Assembly: GCA_049587975.1 (NCBI GenBank)
Contig: JBAVEY010000016.1
Location: forward strand, 1-47,546
Reading direction: 5' to 3'
Length of the DNA stretch: 47,546 bases
Source of the DNA: Actinomycetota bacterium
GTDB lineage: Bacteria > Actinomycetota > UBA4738 > HRBIN12
Every line of letters begins with the position of its first letter. Positions within the stretch are counted from its first letter, which is position 1. A model generated the notes under the pieces. That model had not been told where the DNA came from. It was given only the letters and a program-made list of their open reading frames with translations, and did not search any database. This document shows, piece by piece, positions 17,576 through 29,030 of the stretch. The translations under genes were made by a program, and so were the position numbers.

Positions 17576-19591
17576 CTAGCCGCTCCCGGTCCGGACGACC
17601 TCGCCCGTCGCCATGATCACGCCGTCCTCGGTCACGGCCTCGACCAGGCCGCCACGGAACTGCTGCTCGTACAGTCGCGCGTAGATCCCGCCGCGCCGGA
17701 GCAGCTCGGCGTGCGTCCCACGCTCGACGATGCGCCCGCGGTCCGCGACGAAGATCACGTCCGCAGACAGGATCGTCGACAGTCGGTGGGCGATCGCGAT
17801 CGTGGTCCGGCCGTGCATCAGCGGTACCAGGGCCGCCTGCACCAGCCGCTCGGAGGTCGTATCCAGCGAGGACGTCGCTTCGTCCAGGATCAGGATCTTG
17901 GGGTCCTTCAGGATGACCCGGGCGATCGCCAGTCGCTGCTTCTCGCCGCCCGACAGCTTGTAGCCGCGCTCCCCGACCACGGTGTCGTATCCGTCGGGGA
18001 GCTCGGCGACCCGGTCGCGGATGTTCGCGGCGCGGGCGGCCGCGTCGAGCTCCTCCTCCGTCGCCTCGGGCCGGCCGTACAGGAGGTTCCGGCGGATCGT
18101 CGTGTGGAACAGGTAGGTCTCCTGGGTCACCACGCCGATGAGGTCGCCGAGCGACTCGAGCTTCAACTGCCGCACGTCGATCCCGTCGATCTTCACGCTC
18201 CCTCGCTGCACGTCGTACAGGCGGGGCACGAGGTAGGTCATCGTCGTCTTGCCGGCACCCGAAGGGCCGACGAGCGCGGCGAGCTGACCGGGCTCGATCG
18301 AGAGCGAGATGTCCTCCAGCGTCCACTCCCTGGGGGCCTCGTTCGCGAGCTCGAGGTCACCCGGCGAAACCGGACCGGTGCGCTCGCCGCCCGGCGTGTC
18401 GTAGCGGAACCACACCCTGTCGAACTCCACCCGCCCCAGCACCCGATCGTGCGGGATCTCGACGGCGTCGGGCGTGTCCTCGATCTCGCGATCGAGGTCC
18501 AGATACTCGAAGATCCGGTCGAACAGCGCCATCGACGAGTGGATCTCCGTCGAGACCTGCAGCATCGACCCGATCGGGAAGAACAGCCGTGACTGCAGCG
18601 TCGTGAACGCCACGATCGTCCCCGCCGTCAGCGCCTCGGGGTTGCTGCTCAGGACCCATCCGGCGACCAGGTAGACGAGCGCTGGCGTGATCGAGAAGAA
18701 CGTGCCGACGATGGCGAAGAACGACCGGCCGATCATCGTCTGACGCATCTGGAGGCCGGTGAGCCGTTCGTTCTCGTCTCGGAAACGACCGATCTCGTGC
18801 CGCTGACGCCCGAAGGACTTCGAGAGCAAGATCCCAGACACCGACAGCGTCTCCTCGGTGACCGCGGTGAGGTCCGCGTACGTCTTGGCCGTGCTCGTGG
18901 CGACCTCGCGCCGCGCCCGGCCGACCTTCACCGTGAGCCACAGGAAGAACGGGAGCATGAACAACGACAGCACGGTGAGCTGCCACGAGAGGAGCAGCAT
19001 CGCCACCAGGGTGCTCACGATCACGACGATGTTCGACAGGATGTTCGACACCGTGTCGGTGAACACGGCTTGGACCCCTCCGACGTCGTTCGCGATGCGC
19101 GACTGGATCTCGCCCGTGCGCGTCGTGGTGAAGAAGCGGAGGGGCATGAACTGCAGGTGCGAGTAGAGCGCGTTGCGCAGGTCCTGCATGACCCGAAGGC
19201 CCACCCAGTTGGCCAGGTAGGTCTGCCCGACGCCGATGAGGCCGGTCACGATCGGGATCGCGATCATCAGCGCGACGCCGATGTACACGATGTCCAGCTG
19301 CGGGCAGGACAGCCCGTCGCAGGAGCCCGGCGGGTTCCCGAACAGGCCGTTGTCGAAGATCCACTTGATCAGCAGGGGGTTCACGACGCCGAGCCCGGAC
19401 GTGACCACGATGGCCAGCCCGACCCAGATCACCTTCCGGCGGTAGGGCCGGAACGTCCCGATCACCCGACGAACGGTCTTGGCTCGGATCGGGCGGTCGT
19501 CTTCCTCCTGGGCCGGGACGCGCATGTACCTGCCGTGCATCCCCACGTTCTCCAGGATACGGCCGGCCCGGGACGTGCTATCCCGCGGCAT
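17576..19591 (-). CDS. ABC exporter, fused permease/ATPase (MsbA-like)
   Basis: Six-TM domain followed by an NBD. Walker A GPSGAGKTT, signature LSGGEKQRLAIARV, Walker B ILILDEATSSLD. Confidence 0.9.
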   Translation of the reverse strand: MPRDSTSRAGRILENVGMHGRYMRVPAQEEDDRPIRAKTVRRVIGTFRPYRRKVIWVGLAIVVTSGLGVVNPLLIKWIFDNGLFGNPPGSCDGLSCPQLDIVYIGVALMIAIPIVTGLIGVGQTYLANWVGLRVMQDLRNALYSHLQFMPLRFFTTTRTGEIQSRIANDVGGVQAVFTDTVSNILSNIVVIVSTLVAMLLLSWQLTVLSLFMLPFFLWLTVKVGRARREVATSTAKTYADLTAVTEETLSVSGILLSKSFGRQRHEIGRFRDENERLTGLQMRQTMIGRSFFAIVGTFFSITPALVYLVAGWVLSSNPEALTAGTIVAFTTLQSRLFFPIGSMLQVSTEIHSSMALFDRIFEYLDLDREIEDTPDAVEIPHDRVLGRVEFDRVWFRYDTPGGERTGPVSPGDLELANEAPREWTLEDISLSIEPGQLAALVGPSGAGKTTMTYLVPRLYDVQRGSVKIDGIDVRQLKLESLGDLIGVVTQETYLFHTTIRRNLLYGRPEATEEELDAAARAANIRDRVAELPDGYDTVVGERGYKLSGGEKQRLAIARVILKDPKILILDEATSSLDTTSERLVQAALVPLMHGRTTIAIAHRLSTILSADVIFVADRGRIVERGTHAELLRRGGIYARLYEQQFRGGLVEAVTEDGVIMATGEVVRTGSG

Positions 19592-19614
19592 CCACGCTGC
19601 GACTACCTTGCCTC

Positions 19615-19722
19615 ATGGACCTCCCCGCCCAGGCCACCCTCATCGGTCGGATCGCGATCGGCGCGCTCCTCGGCTACGTGATCGGGTTCGGCCGGGGGTG
19701 GCTTGCCTCACCGTCCTGGTGA
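19615..19722 (+). other. short MgtC/SapB-like N-terminal remnant
   Basis: MDLPAQATLIGRIAIGALLGYVIGFGRG resembles the MgtC N-terminus (..G..IG.ER), but the ORF stops after 35 codons. High GC3 continues in another frame after a G5 run (19694-19698). Confidence 0.2.
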
Positions 19723-19869
19723 TCCTCGAGCTCAACCGCCTCCCCGGTACCGGAGGATCGACCCCAGCAAGGTCCGCCAGGACGAGGTGACCGGTGGGGT
19801 ACGACCGCGGTTCGGAACCACCGCCTTCCCCACGAACCCAGCCGAGGATCAGCCCGGACGCAGGACTGA

Positions 19870-20550
19870 TCAGCCGGCGAGCGCGATCGCACGCTCGAAC
19901 ACGGCATCGAGCATCCGCGGCGTCAGCGTTCCGGTGAAGGTGTTCTGCTGGCTGGGGTGATAGCTCCCCACCAGGGCGAAGGGACCGATCGAGACCTCCG
20001 CCGCGTGACCGAAGCGGGGATGCGGCCGGATCGCGTGCCCGAGCGCGGCGAGGGCGCGGACCGCCCCGTCCCACGCGAACGCACCCAGGGCGACAATCAC
20101 TCGGAGCCGTTCGAGCGCCACGATCTCGCGTCCGAGGAACGGGAGGCAGGCGTCGCGCTCGGCGGGGGTCGGCCTGTTGCCCGGAGGCGCGCACCGGTTG
20201 ACCGCGGACAGGTAGGCGCCGGCCAGACGGAGGCCGTCGTCGCGGGAGACCGATGTGGGCCGGTCCGCGAGCCCCCGGCGGTGCAGCGAGCCGAACAGGA
20301 AGTCGCCCGAGCGGTCGCCGGTGAAGATCCGCCCCGTCCGGTTCCCGCCGTGGGCGGCCGGGGCGAGCCCGACCACGAGGATCCGGGCCGCGGGATCGCC
20401 GAACCCCGGCACCGGCCGCCCCCAGTACTGCTGGTCGGCGAAGCGAGCGACCTTCTCGCGCGCCACCCGCTCGCGCCACCCGACCAGCCTCGGGCAGGCG
20501 GAGCAGGCGACCACGTCGGCGGCCACCCGTTCCAGCGCGCGCGCACTCAT
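19870..20550 (-). CDS. uracil-DNA glycosylase, Fe-S family 4/5 (GLAPA motif suggests family 5, UdgB-like)
   Basis: Contains CSACPRL, VVGLAPAAHGGNRTGRIFTGD and SYHPSQQN. ATG 20550 overlaps the upstream stop (ATGA). Confidence 0.85.
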   Translation of the reverse strand: MSARALERVAADVVACSACPRLVGWRERVAREKVARFADQQYWGRPVPGFGDPAARILVVGLAPAAHGGNRTGRIFTGDRSGDFLFGSLHRRGLADRPTSVSRDDGLRLAGAYLSAVNRCAPPGNRPTPAERDACLPFLGREIVALERLRVIVALGAFAWDGAVRALAALGHAIRPHPRFGHAAEVSIGPFALVGSYHPSQQNTFTGTLTPRMLDAVFERAIALAG

Positions 20551-20948
20551 CCTCGGAGCTCTCGGAACCGCGCGGCCGCACGTTCGAACGCGTCCAAGGG
20601 TGCGAGGAGGTCGCCGATCAGGCCGACGAGACCCTCGAACCCCTTCGGATGTGCGCCCTCGACCCGCACCCGGTGCGCGAGCCGGAGCGCCTCGTCCAGA
20701 CCGACCGAGCACGCACCCCACTCCGCCTCGACCTCGGGCGCGCGCCACGCGTCCATGCCTGCGCGGACCTCACCCAGGCCGTGTTCGAACTCCGAGAGCG
20801 TCTCCGCGAGCGGGCGGCCGGGGAGCCGGGTGCCCGGGACGGACTCGGTCAGAGCCGCCTTGGCGCGTTCGAGCGGCTCGACGGCGTCGTCGAACGCCCG
20901 CGAGGGCCCCTCCAGGTGTTCGGGGAGGCGCTTGCGGCGGAGGATCAC
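20547..20948 (-). CDS. hypothetical helical protein (133 aa)
   Basis: High GC3 throughout. GTG 20948 overlaps the GDPD stop (GTGA), and its own stop overlaps the UDG start. I recognise no motif. Confidence 0.6.
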   Translation of the reverse strand: MILRRKRLPEHLEGPSRAFDDAVEPLERAKAALTESVPGTRLPGRPLAETLSEFEHGLGEVRAGMDAWRAPEVEAEWGACSVGLDEALRLAHRVRVEGAHPKGFEGLVGLIGDLLAPLDAFERAAARFRELRG

Positions 20949-21784
20949 GAGCGGACGTGCTCGGCGAGGACACCGAGCGCCATCGCCGGGTCGTTGGACG
21001 CGACGGCGTCGAAGCCGCGACCGAGCAGCATCGCGAACGTCGCCGGGTCGTCGACCGTCCACGTCCCGACACGCAGCCCGGCGGCGTGCACCTCGTCGAC
21101 GAACGCCTCCCCCGCGGGGATCGACGCCCGAGTCCCCGGCAGCACCATGTCGTGTCCCGCCGCGACCGCGTACGCGAGCGCCTCGCTAGGATCGACGAGG
21201 TCGGTGGTCAGGAACCCGGTCGGGACCTCGGGCGCGAGCGCCTTCGAAGCCGCGATCGACGCCGGGTTGAACGACACCACCAGCACGGGGCCGTCGAACC
21301 GTCGGCGCTCGAGCTCGGTGTGCACCGCCTCGACGATCGATTCGCGGGTCGGCTCGAAGGACGGCTCACCCGGGATGTTCTTGATCTCGACCGCGATCGC
21401 CGCACGGCCGCTGACGCATCCGAGGACCTGGGCGAGCGTCGGGACGTGCGCCGGATGGGCCGGCGTGCCGGCGTTCAACGCGGCGAGTTGGTCGGCGGTG
21501 AGCTCGTGCACCGGACCCGTCCCGTCGGTCGTCCGGTCGACCGTCGCGTCGTGCATGACGACCGGCACCCCATCGAGGGATCGACGTACGTCGAACTCGA
21601 CCAGGCGAGCGCCGAGGCGGATCGCCTCCTCGAACGAGGGGATCGTGTTCTCGGGACGGGTGGACGACGCCCCGCGATGGGCAACGACGATCGGGAACGC
21701 GTCCTCCGGGAAGCCGTGAGCCTCGGGATGCGGGTTCAGACGAGACTCGCTGGACAGAGGTGGTTCACCGAACACTCGTCGCAT
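20945..21784 (-). CDS. glycerophosphodiester phosphodiesterase family protein
   Basis: Contains VVAHRGASSTRPENT and LVEFDVRRSLDGVPVVMHD. The start is uncertain. ATG 21784 overlaps the nth 3' end by 49 nt, and there is no closer ATG or GTG. Confidence 0.8.
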   Translation of the reverse strand: MRRVFGEPPLSSESRLNPHPEAHGFPEDAFPIVVAHRGASSTRPENTIPSFEEAIRLGARLVEFDVRRSLDGVPVVMHDATVDRTTDGTGPVHELTADQLAALNAGTPAHPAHVPTLAQVLGCVSGRAAIAVEIKNIPGEPSFEPTRESIVEAVHTELERRRFDGPVLVVSFNPASIAASKALAPEVPTGFLTTDLVDPSEALAYAVAAGHDMVLPGTRASIPAGEAFVDEVHAAGLRVGTWTVDDPATFAMLLGRGFDAVASNDPAMALGVLAEHVRS

Positions 21785-22407
21785 CTCGGCTTGCGGGCCA
21801 CGCAGATCGCGCGACCGTGATCGATCAGGACGTAGGTGAACCCGAACCAGCGTTCCCTCGGGAGCAGGCGCATCAGGTCCTGTTCGATCTTGTCGGGGTC
21901 GGACTCCTCGCTGAACCCCAGCCGGTTGGCGAGCCGCTTCACGTGGGTGTCGACCGCGATGCCCTCGACCTTGCCGAACGCGTTCCCCATCACGATGTTC
22001 GCAGTCTTGCGGGCCACCCCCCGCAGCGTGATGAGGTCCTCCATCGTGTCGGGCACGCGGCCCTCGTAGACCTCGACGATCCGGCGGCACGCCTCGCGGA
22101 TCGAGGTCGCCTTCTGGTTGTAGAACCCCGTGGGCTTGATATCGGCCTTCAACTCGTCCTCGGGGACCCGCAGGTAGTCCTCCGCGGACCGGTACTTCTC
22201 GAACAGCGTCGCGGTGACCTCGTTGACCTTCTCGTCCGTGCATTGGGCCGACAGGATGGTCGCGACGAGCATCTCGAGCGGGTTCGAGAAGCGCAGGGCG
22301 ACCCTGGCCTCCGGGTAGGCTGCCGACAGGATCCGGACGATCTCGGGCGTGCGCTCCTCGATCGGCGCGCTCCGGTCGAGCCCCGCGTCGGAACGCCGCG
22401 GGCTCAC
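21736..22407 (-). CDS. nth: endonuclease III
   Basis: HhH-GPD region (LITLRGVARKTANIVM) and Fe-S cluster loop CVARKPRCDECSVNHLC. GTG 22407 overlaps the upstream stop. Confidence 0.9.
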   Translation of the reverse strand: MSPRRSDAGLDRSAPIEERTPEIVRILSAAYPEARVALRFSNPLEMLVATILSAQCTDEKVNEVTATLFEKYRSAEDYLRVPEDELKADIKPTGFYNQKATSIREACRRIVEVYEGRVPDTMEDLITLRGVARKTANIVMGNAFGKVEGIAVDTHVKRLANRLGFSEESDPDKIEQDLMRLLPRERWFGFTYVLIDHGRAICVARKPRCDECSVNHLCPASLV

Positions 22408-23144
22408 ACCGGATCGTCGGCGAGAGGGAGCCGAAGCTCGAACGTCTCACCGTCCGCGTACCGCGTCCACTCGCCGCCGGCGAGCACGTGCACCTTGGCG
22501 CCGCCGATGACCTCCCAGGTCCGCCCGTCGCCCACCATCGCCGTGTCCTCGTCCAGTCCGATGAAGGTCTGGCCGGTCTTCACCGAGCCGGCGATGAACT
22601 CGGTCGCCCCGGGGATCCACGTGTCCACGATGTCCCAGTGCGGCCCGAACAGGGCGTCCCGCACATAGCCGATACCGGGCGCCCAGATGGAGTCGAAGTC
22701 CTGGCTATCCGAGTCGTACGTCACCTCGGTCAGACACGCGACCCCGGCGCTGCATCCCGCGTACGGCAGCCCGGCCCGGACGGCGATCTGCAACGCGGAC
22801 CAGAAGGGGGTGTCGACCATCACCCGCGCGAGCCGGGCGGGGTTCCCGCCCGAGAAGAAGATGGCCGATGCGTCGTCCAGCTTCGCGACCACCTTCTCGT
22901 CCTGGGCATCGTCGCGGGTCTTGAGCGGCAGCACCTCGGCCGCGATCCCGAGCCCTGCGTAGTGTTCGAGGCCCTTGTTGGCCCAGCCGCTGTAGGACTC
23001 CTCCCCTTCATGGGCGGCCGCGGTCGGACAGACGAGCACCGGGCCCGACGGGGTGCGCGATCGCGCCAGCAGCCAACGTTCGACGGGCTCGGACCACGGA
23101 TCGAACTCGCCCGAGCCGAGGAAGGCGAGCGAGATATCGGTCAC
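22404..23144 (-). CDS. peptidase S51 / cyanophycinase-like (class I glutamine amidotransferase-like fold)
   Basis: Contains IFFSGGNPARL and the nucleophile elbow YAGCSAGVAC. GTG 23144 overlaps the PIG-L stop (GTGA). Confidence 0.75.
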   Translation of the reverse strand: MTDISLAFLGSGEFDPWSEPVERWLLARSRTPSGPVLVCPTAAAHEGEESYSGWANKGLEHYAGLGIAAEVLPLKTRDDAQDEKVVAKLDDASAIFFSGGNPARLARVMVDTPFWSALQIAVRAGLPYAGCSAGVACLTEVTYDSDSQDFDSIWAPGIGYVRDALFGPHWDIVDTWIPGATEFIAGSVKTGQTFIGLDEDTAMVGDGRTWEVIGGAKVHVLAGGEWTRYADGETFELRLPLADDPV

Positions 23145-23854
23145 GTGCGCTCCTCTCCCGGGCGGAAGGCCTCGATCGACATCTGCTTCCACCACAGATC
23201 GGGGCCGACCGCCTCGAGGATCGCCTCGACCTGGCTGACATGCGCGTTGATCGCGTTCACCTTGAGCTCGAGGATGTCCTCGGGCAGCTCGTAGTAGACG
23301 GCGAGCTCCTCGCGGGGAGTGATCGGCGGCGTCCCGGGGCGGAACACGTTGAAGGGCTCCCACACCGGGAGGATCTCCGCCGCCCACTCGGGCGTGACCG
23401 TCGCGTACAGCACCCTCGAGCCCGGTTTCCCCGCCTCGTGCAGCGCCTTCGTCGCCCAACGGGACACATCCTTGTGCGCTGCATGATCGGTCATCCCATC
23501 GGGCCCGAACGTGAGGATGGTGTCCGGTTGGACGTCCGCGACGAGCTCGCGCACGCGCTCGTACCCCTCGTCCGGCAGGCCCGTGTCCATGTCGACGTCC
23601 CGCATGTCGAACCACGTGTGCTCGTCCACGCCGAGGATCTGGAGGCTCCGTTCGAGCTCCTTCGTCCGGACCTCGCCCATGGTCTCGGGGGGCCACTTCT
23701 CCTCATCCATCGAGCCGCCCTCGCCCCGGGTCGCCGTCATGCAGACCACCCGCGACCCGGCGCGCACGGCGCGGGCCATGATCCCCGCCGATAGGTACGC
23801 CTCGTCGTCCGGATGCGCCCAGACGCCGAGGATGTCCCCGAGCTCGTCCATCAC
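23141..23854 (-). CDS. PIG-L/LmbE family deacetylase
   Basis: Contains VWAHPDDEAYL, TATRGEGG and HAAHKD. GTG 23854 and ATG 23851 both sit behind the SD GAGGAGGG. Confidence 0.8.
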   Translation of the reverse strand: MMDELGDILGVWAHPDDEAYLSAGIMARAVRAGSRVVCMTATRGEGGSMDEEKWPPETMGEVRTKELERSLQILGVDEHTWFDMRDVDMDTGLPDEGYERVRELVADVQPDTILTFGPDGMTDHAAHKDVSRWATKALHEAGKPGSRVLYATVTPEWAAEILPVWEPFNVFRPGTPPITPREELAVYYELPEDILELKVNAINAHVSQVEAILEAVGPDLWWKQMSIEAFRPGEERT

Positions 23855-23873
23855 CCCTCCTCGCTCCCTGTGA

Positions 23874-24260
23874 TCAGTCCCCCACCTTGCGCACGAAGTG
23901 GTACGCCACGGTGTGCCCGCCGTACGTGAGAGGGATCATCTCGGTCTCCGCCGGGAACACGGTGCCGTCCTTGCGCACCCCGCGGAAGCGGAAGGTCACC
24001 GGGAACGCGAGCTCCTGGACGCGGTTCCAGTAGTTCCACGACACGATGCCCTGGTCCTCCTCGTGCACGAGGCGCTGCAGCATGTTCGGGGAGTTCTCGA
24101 GATCGGCGACCGTGTATCCGAACAGCGACGCGAGCCTCTCGTTGCACGTCCAGTGGGTCTCGTCGAGCCAGATGTACACGCCGTCCGGACTCGATCCGAA
24201 CACAGGGCGGAGATGTTCGGCGAGCGCGGGGATCACCTCGTCGTGCGCTACTGGCTCCAC
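23874..24260 (-). CDS. PAS domain protein
   Basis: PAS-like core (SPDGVYIWLDETHWTCNERLASLFGY...FRFRGVRKDGTVFPAETEMIP). GTG 24260 lies 5 nt after the SD GGAGGGAGG. Confidence 0.65.
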   Translation of the reverse strand: MEPVAHDEVIPALAEHLRPVFGSSPDGVYIWLDETHWTCNERLASLFGYTVADLENSPNMLQRLVHEEDQGIVSWNYWNRVQELAFPVTFRFRGVRKDGTVFPAETEMIPLTYGGHTVAYHFVRKVGD

Positions 24261-24343
24261 ACGGGCCTCCCTCCGATCCCACCTCTGGGGAACCACCCCG
24301 GCCCCCGTCCAGCGAGCATCCTAGCGAGACGGGCCCGAACGCA

Positions 24344-24373
24344 GGAGAACGGCCCGGGGGCGGACCGTTCTCC
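24344..24373 (-). terminator. stem-loop downstream of the sigH-rsrA-small protein unit
   Basis: GGAGAACGG (24344-24352) pairs perfectly with CCGTTCTCC (24365-24373) around a 12-nt loop. It lies about 50 nt after the stop at 24422. Confidence 0.4.
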
Positions 24374-24421
24374 GATCCCGCGCGAGGGAGGGGGCGCGGG
24401 ACTGCCCTGATCGACCGCGGG

Positions 24422-24610
24422 CTACGCCCGGTCGGTCCGCAGACGCTTGCCCCGGTAGTTCGGGAAGACGACGTCCGCGTGCTGCCAGCAGAAGGCGCCC
24501 TCGTTGTAGACGGAGAGCGTGGTGCGGCACCCCTTGTGGGCGCAAACCCGACCCCGCTCCTCCGTCTTGGACGGGGAGGGGAGGTTGCCGGGTCGAGATC
24601 CCTTGGTCAC
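24422..24610 (-). CDS. small Cys/His-rich protein (62 aa), putative zinc knuckle
   Basis: Contains CAHKGC...(12)...CWQH. GC3 is high and it is co-directional with rsrA, which ends 72 nt upstream. GTG start with a weak SD. Confidence 0.5.
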   Translation of the reverse strand: MTKGSRPGNLPSPSKTEERGRVCAHKGCRTTLSVYNEGAFCWQHADVVFPNYRGKRLRTDRA

Positions 24611-24681
24611 GCCCCCGATTCGACGCCCGCCGGATAGGGGTTCGGTCCCCGTTCGGCCGGGGGGAACGTCTCGGGGCCGGC

Positions 24682-24930
24682 CTAGGCGGGGTGCTCGTGG
24701 GGCTGCTCGAGCAGCGAGCGGAGGCGCTCGACGAGCTGGGGTGGTACGTGGTCACAGCCGCACTTGGCCCGCAGCATCTCCTTCAGCCGCCGCTGGAACA
24801 CCGCGTGCCCGCTGCAGGGATCGCAGCCGCCGAGGTGCCGGTCGATCTCGACACGCAGCGAAGCGACGAGCTCCCCATCGAGGTAGAGCTCGAGTTGCTT
24901 CAGCACGCGTTCGCAGTCAGTCGGTGACAA
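24682..24930 (-). CDS. rshA: ZAS-family anti-sigma factor (RsrA/RshA-like)
   Basis: C6, H32, C36 and C39 (TDCERV...[10 protein letters not shown]) reproduce the RsrA C11-H37-C41-C44 spacing. Including the conserved first Cys requires a TTG start at 24930, which overlaps the sigma gene 3' end by 14 nt. Confidence 0.85.
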   Translation of the reverse strand: MSPTDCERVLKQLELYLDGELVASLRVEIDRHLGGCDPCSGHAVFQRRLKEMLRAKCGCDHVPPQLVERLRSLLEQPHEHPA

Positions 24931-25510
24931 GGCCTCGCTCCCGTACCGTCTCCCACAACGCCCGCTGCAGCGCTTTCCTTCCCCGGTGCAAGCGGGACAT
25001 CACGGTCCCGATCGGCACCTCGAGGATCTCTGCGATCTCCTTGTAGCTGAACCCTTCCACGTCGGCCAGCAACACGGCCATCCGGAACCCCTCCGGCAGG
25101 TCTTCCAGGGCCCGCTGAACGTCCTCGTCGGGGATCTTCTCGAGCACCTCGGATTCCGCCGACGCCTCCACGTTCGCGCCGCCGAGCTTGTCGTACAGGT
25201 ACCAGTCCGAGGTGTCGTCGTCCGGAACGGTGACGGGTTCCCGCTGCTTCTTGCGGTACGTGTTGATGAACGTGTTGGTCAGGATGCGGTAGATCCAGGC
25301 CCGCAGGTTGGTGCCCTCCTGGAAGCCGGCGAACCCGCGGTAGGCGCGCAGGTAGGTCTCCTGAACCAGATCCTCGGCGTCCTGGGGGTTCCTCGTCATC
25401 CGCAGGGCAGCCCCGTACAGGTTCGGGAGCAGCGGCAGGACCTCCCGCTCGAACCGCTCACGCAGGGCGGGGTCTTCCGGCGGCGCCACCTGGCTACGCG
25501 CCACCGCCAT
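24917..25510 (-). CDS. sigH: ECF sigma factor, SigH/SigR type
   Basis: Region 2 ([17 protein letters not shown]) and region 4 HTH ([28 protein letters not shown]). It is paired with a ZAS anti-sigma factor. Confidence 0.9.
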   Translation of the reverse strand: MAVARSQVAPPEDPALRERFEREVLPLLPNLYGAALRMTRNPQDAEDLVQETYLRAYRGFAGFQEGTNLRAWIYRILTNTFINTYRKKQREPVTVPDDDTSDWYLYDKLGGANVEASAESEVLEKIPDEDVQRALEDLPEGFRMAVLLADVEGFSYKEIAEILEVPIGTVMSRLHRGRKALQRALWETVRERGLVTD

Positions 25511-25620
25511 CCCGCCCTTCGAGCACCCACCTCACGCGATCGCCACCTCGAACGCCGGACAACACCGAACCTCCAGTATCCCGCATCGCGCACGCAATCG
25601 GACCCCCGGGACCATGCCTC

Positions 25621-27656
<2,036 letters not shown>

Positions 27657-27660
<4 letters not shown>

Positions 27661-28574
27661 GGGCGGGCCGGGGGATCATCGGAGGGTTCGACGAGCAGGT
27701 CGAACCGGTCGCGGAACCGCTCCAGGAACCGGTAGTAGTTGCGCTTGGAGAGCCGGTCGCGTTCGGCGGGCGGGGTCGAGTGGTACATCCGGTGCTCGTG
27801 CTTGGCAACCGGAACGTCCACGCGGAGGGCCCGCAGGCCGCCGTCCTTGATGCGGAACGAGCACTCGATGTCGGCCGTCCGGTACCACCGGAACCTTTCG
27901 TCGAACAGCCCCACGTCGCGGATCACGTCCCGGCGGAAGGCCATGAGGTACCCCTCGATCGCGTCGACGAACGGCCCCGGGCTCTCGTGGAACTCGCGGA
28001 GGTCGGTCGTCGAGATGCCGAACGGACCGCACACCCCGACGGAGGGATCCGCCAGGGCGGCCTCCAGAGGGCCGAACACGTCCCCCGTCGGTTCGACCGA
28101 TCCGTCCATCGCCATGAGGACCCGGCCGCGCGAACGCTTCAGCGCCGCGTTCATCGCGGCGCCCCATCCCGTCCCGGCCTCGAGCTCGAGGATCTCGACG
28201 CCCTCGCCGTAGACCGACGGGTCCGTCTGCGTCAGGTCCGCGATCACGTAGCCGACGTCGCGCCTCCCCTCGTGCGCCCGGAACCCGGCGAGCGCGCGGG
28301 CCACGTCCTCGGGCCATCCCTCGACGACCCAGTGGACGCTCACGTCGCAGGTCGGGGGGTCGCCGAGCACGCTCGGGACGTCGTGCGCGCGCAGGCGCTC
28401 CGCCTCGGTCTCCACCACCGGCTCGAAGGATGTGCCCCCCGGTCCGTCGATGACGGAGAACCCGAGGTCGTGGATCCGGTCGCGGAGGACGTCCGCCGCA
28501 GCGAAGTCCTTGGCCCGGCGGCGCTCGTCGCGCTCGGCCCCAAGCGCGCGGACCTCGTCGGGGACGTCGGTCAT
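27657..28574 (-). CDS. GT2-like glycosyltransferase with an N-terminal CysRS-tail-like motif
   Basis: Core GTGWGAAMNAALKRSRGRVLMAMDGSV ... ADIECSFRIKDGGLR is GT2-like. The N-terminus ERRRAKDFAAADVLRDRIHDLGFSVIDGPGGTSF resembles the C-terminal tail of cysteinyl-tRNA synthetases. Confidence 0.7.
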
Positions 28575-28596
28575 GGCCTGCGCCCGAGCGACTGGA

Positions 28597-29016
28597 CTAG
28601 ACGGGCTCCCTCGAGACCGAGCGCAGGCGCCCGGCCACCGCCTCGAGCGTCTTGAGGGCGATCGTCGGATGCTCCATCAGCAGGCCTCGGAAGACCCACC
28701 CGGTGATCCCGACGAGGCGCACCGTTGAGAGCGCGGTCACCGTGGCGGTCCGAGGGCCGCCGTCGAGGAGCGCGACCTCGCCGAAGAAGTCGCCCGGGCC
28801 CAGGCGCGCCTTGGTCTTGCCGCCGATCGAGACCTTGCACTGACCATCGAGGATCAGGAACAGGCCGATCCCCCGCTCCCCCTCGCGGGCGATCACCGTG
28901 CCCTCCTTGTGCGTGACCTCTTTGGAGGCCCGCGCGATGATGCCGAGCTCCCGCTTGGAACACCCGGAGAAGATCGGGACGTTGGCCAGGTTGTTCGCGA
29001 CGTTCGGGACTGCCAC
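28597..29016 (-). CDS. stand-alone cyclic nucleotide-binding domain protein
   Basis: Contains GERGIGLFLILDG and FFGEVALLDGGPRTATVTA, with no DNA-binding domain. GTG 29016 lies behind the SD AGGAG. Confidence 0.8.
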   Translation of the reverse strand: MAVPNVANNLANVPIFSGCSKRELGIIARASKEVTHKEGTVIAREGERGIGLFLILDGQCKVSIGGKTKARLGPGDFFGEVALLDGGPRTATVTALSTVRLVGITGWVFRGLLMEHPTIALKTLEAVAGRLRSVSREPV

Positions 29017-29030
29017 CCGGTGCTCCTATC

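Noticed and set aside
25511-25620. SigR/SigH-type autoregulatory promoter (GGAAT-N18-GTT) upstream of the sigma gene
   Set aside because: I found GGGAT and GGAGG strings with downstream GTT, but at spacings of 14, 16 or 24 nt rather than about 18. There is not enough evidence to call a promoter.
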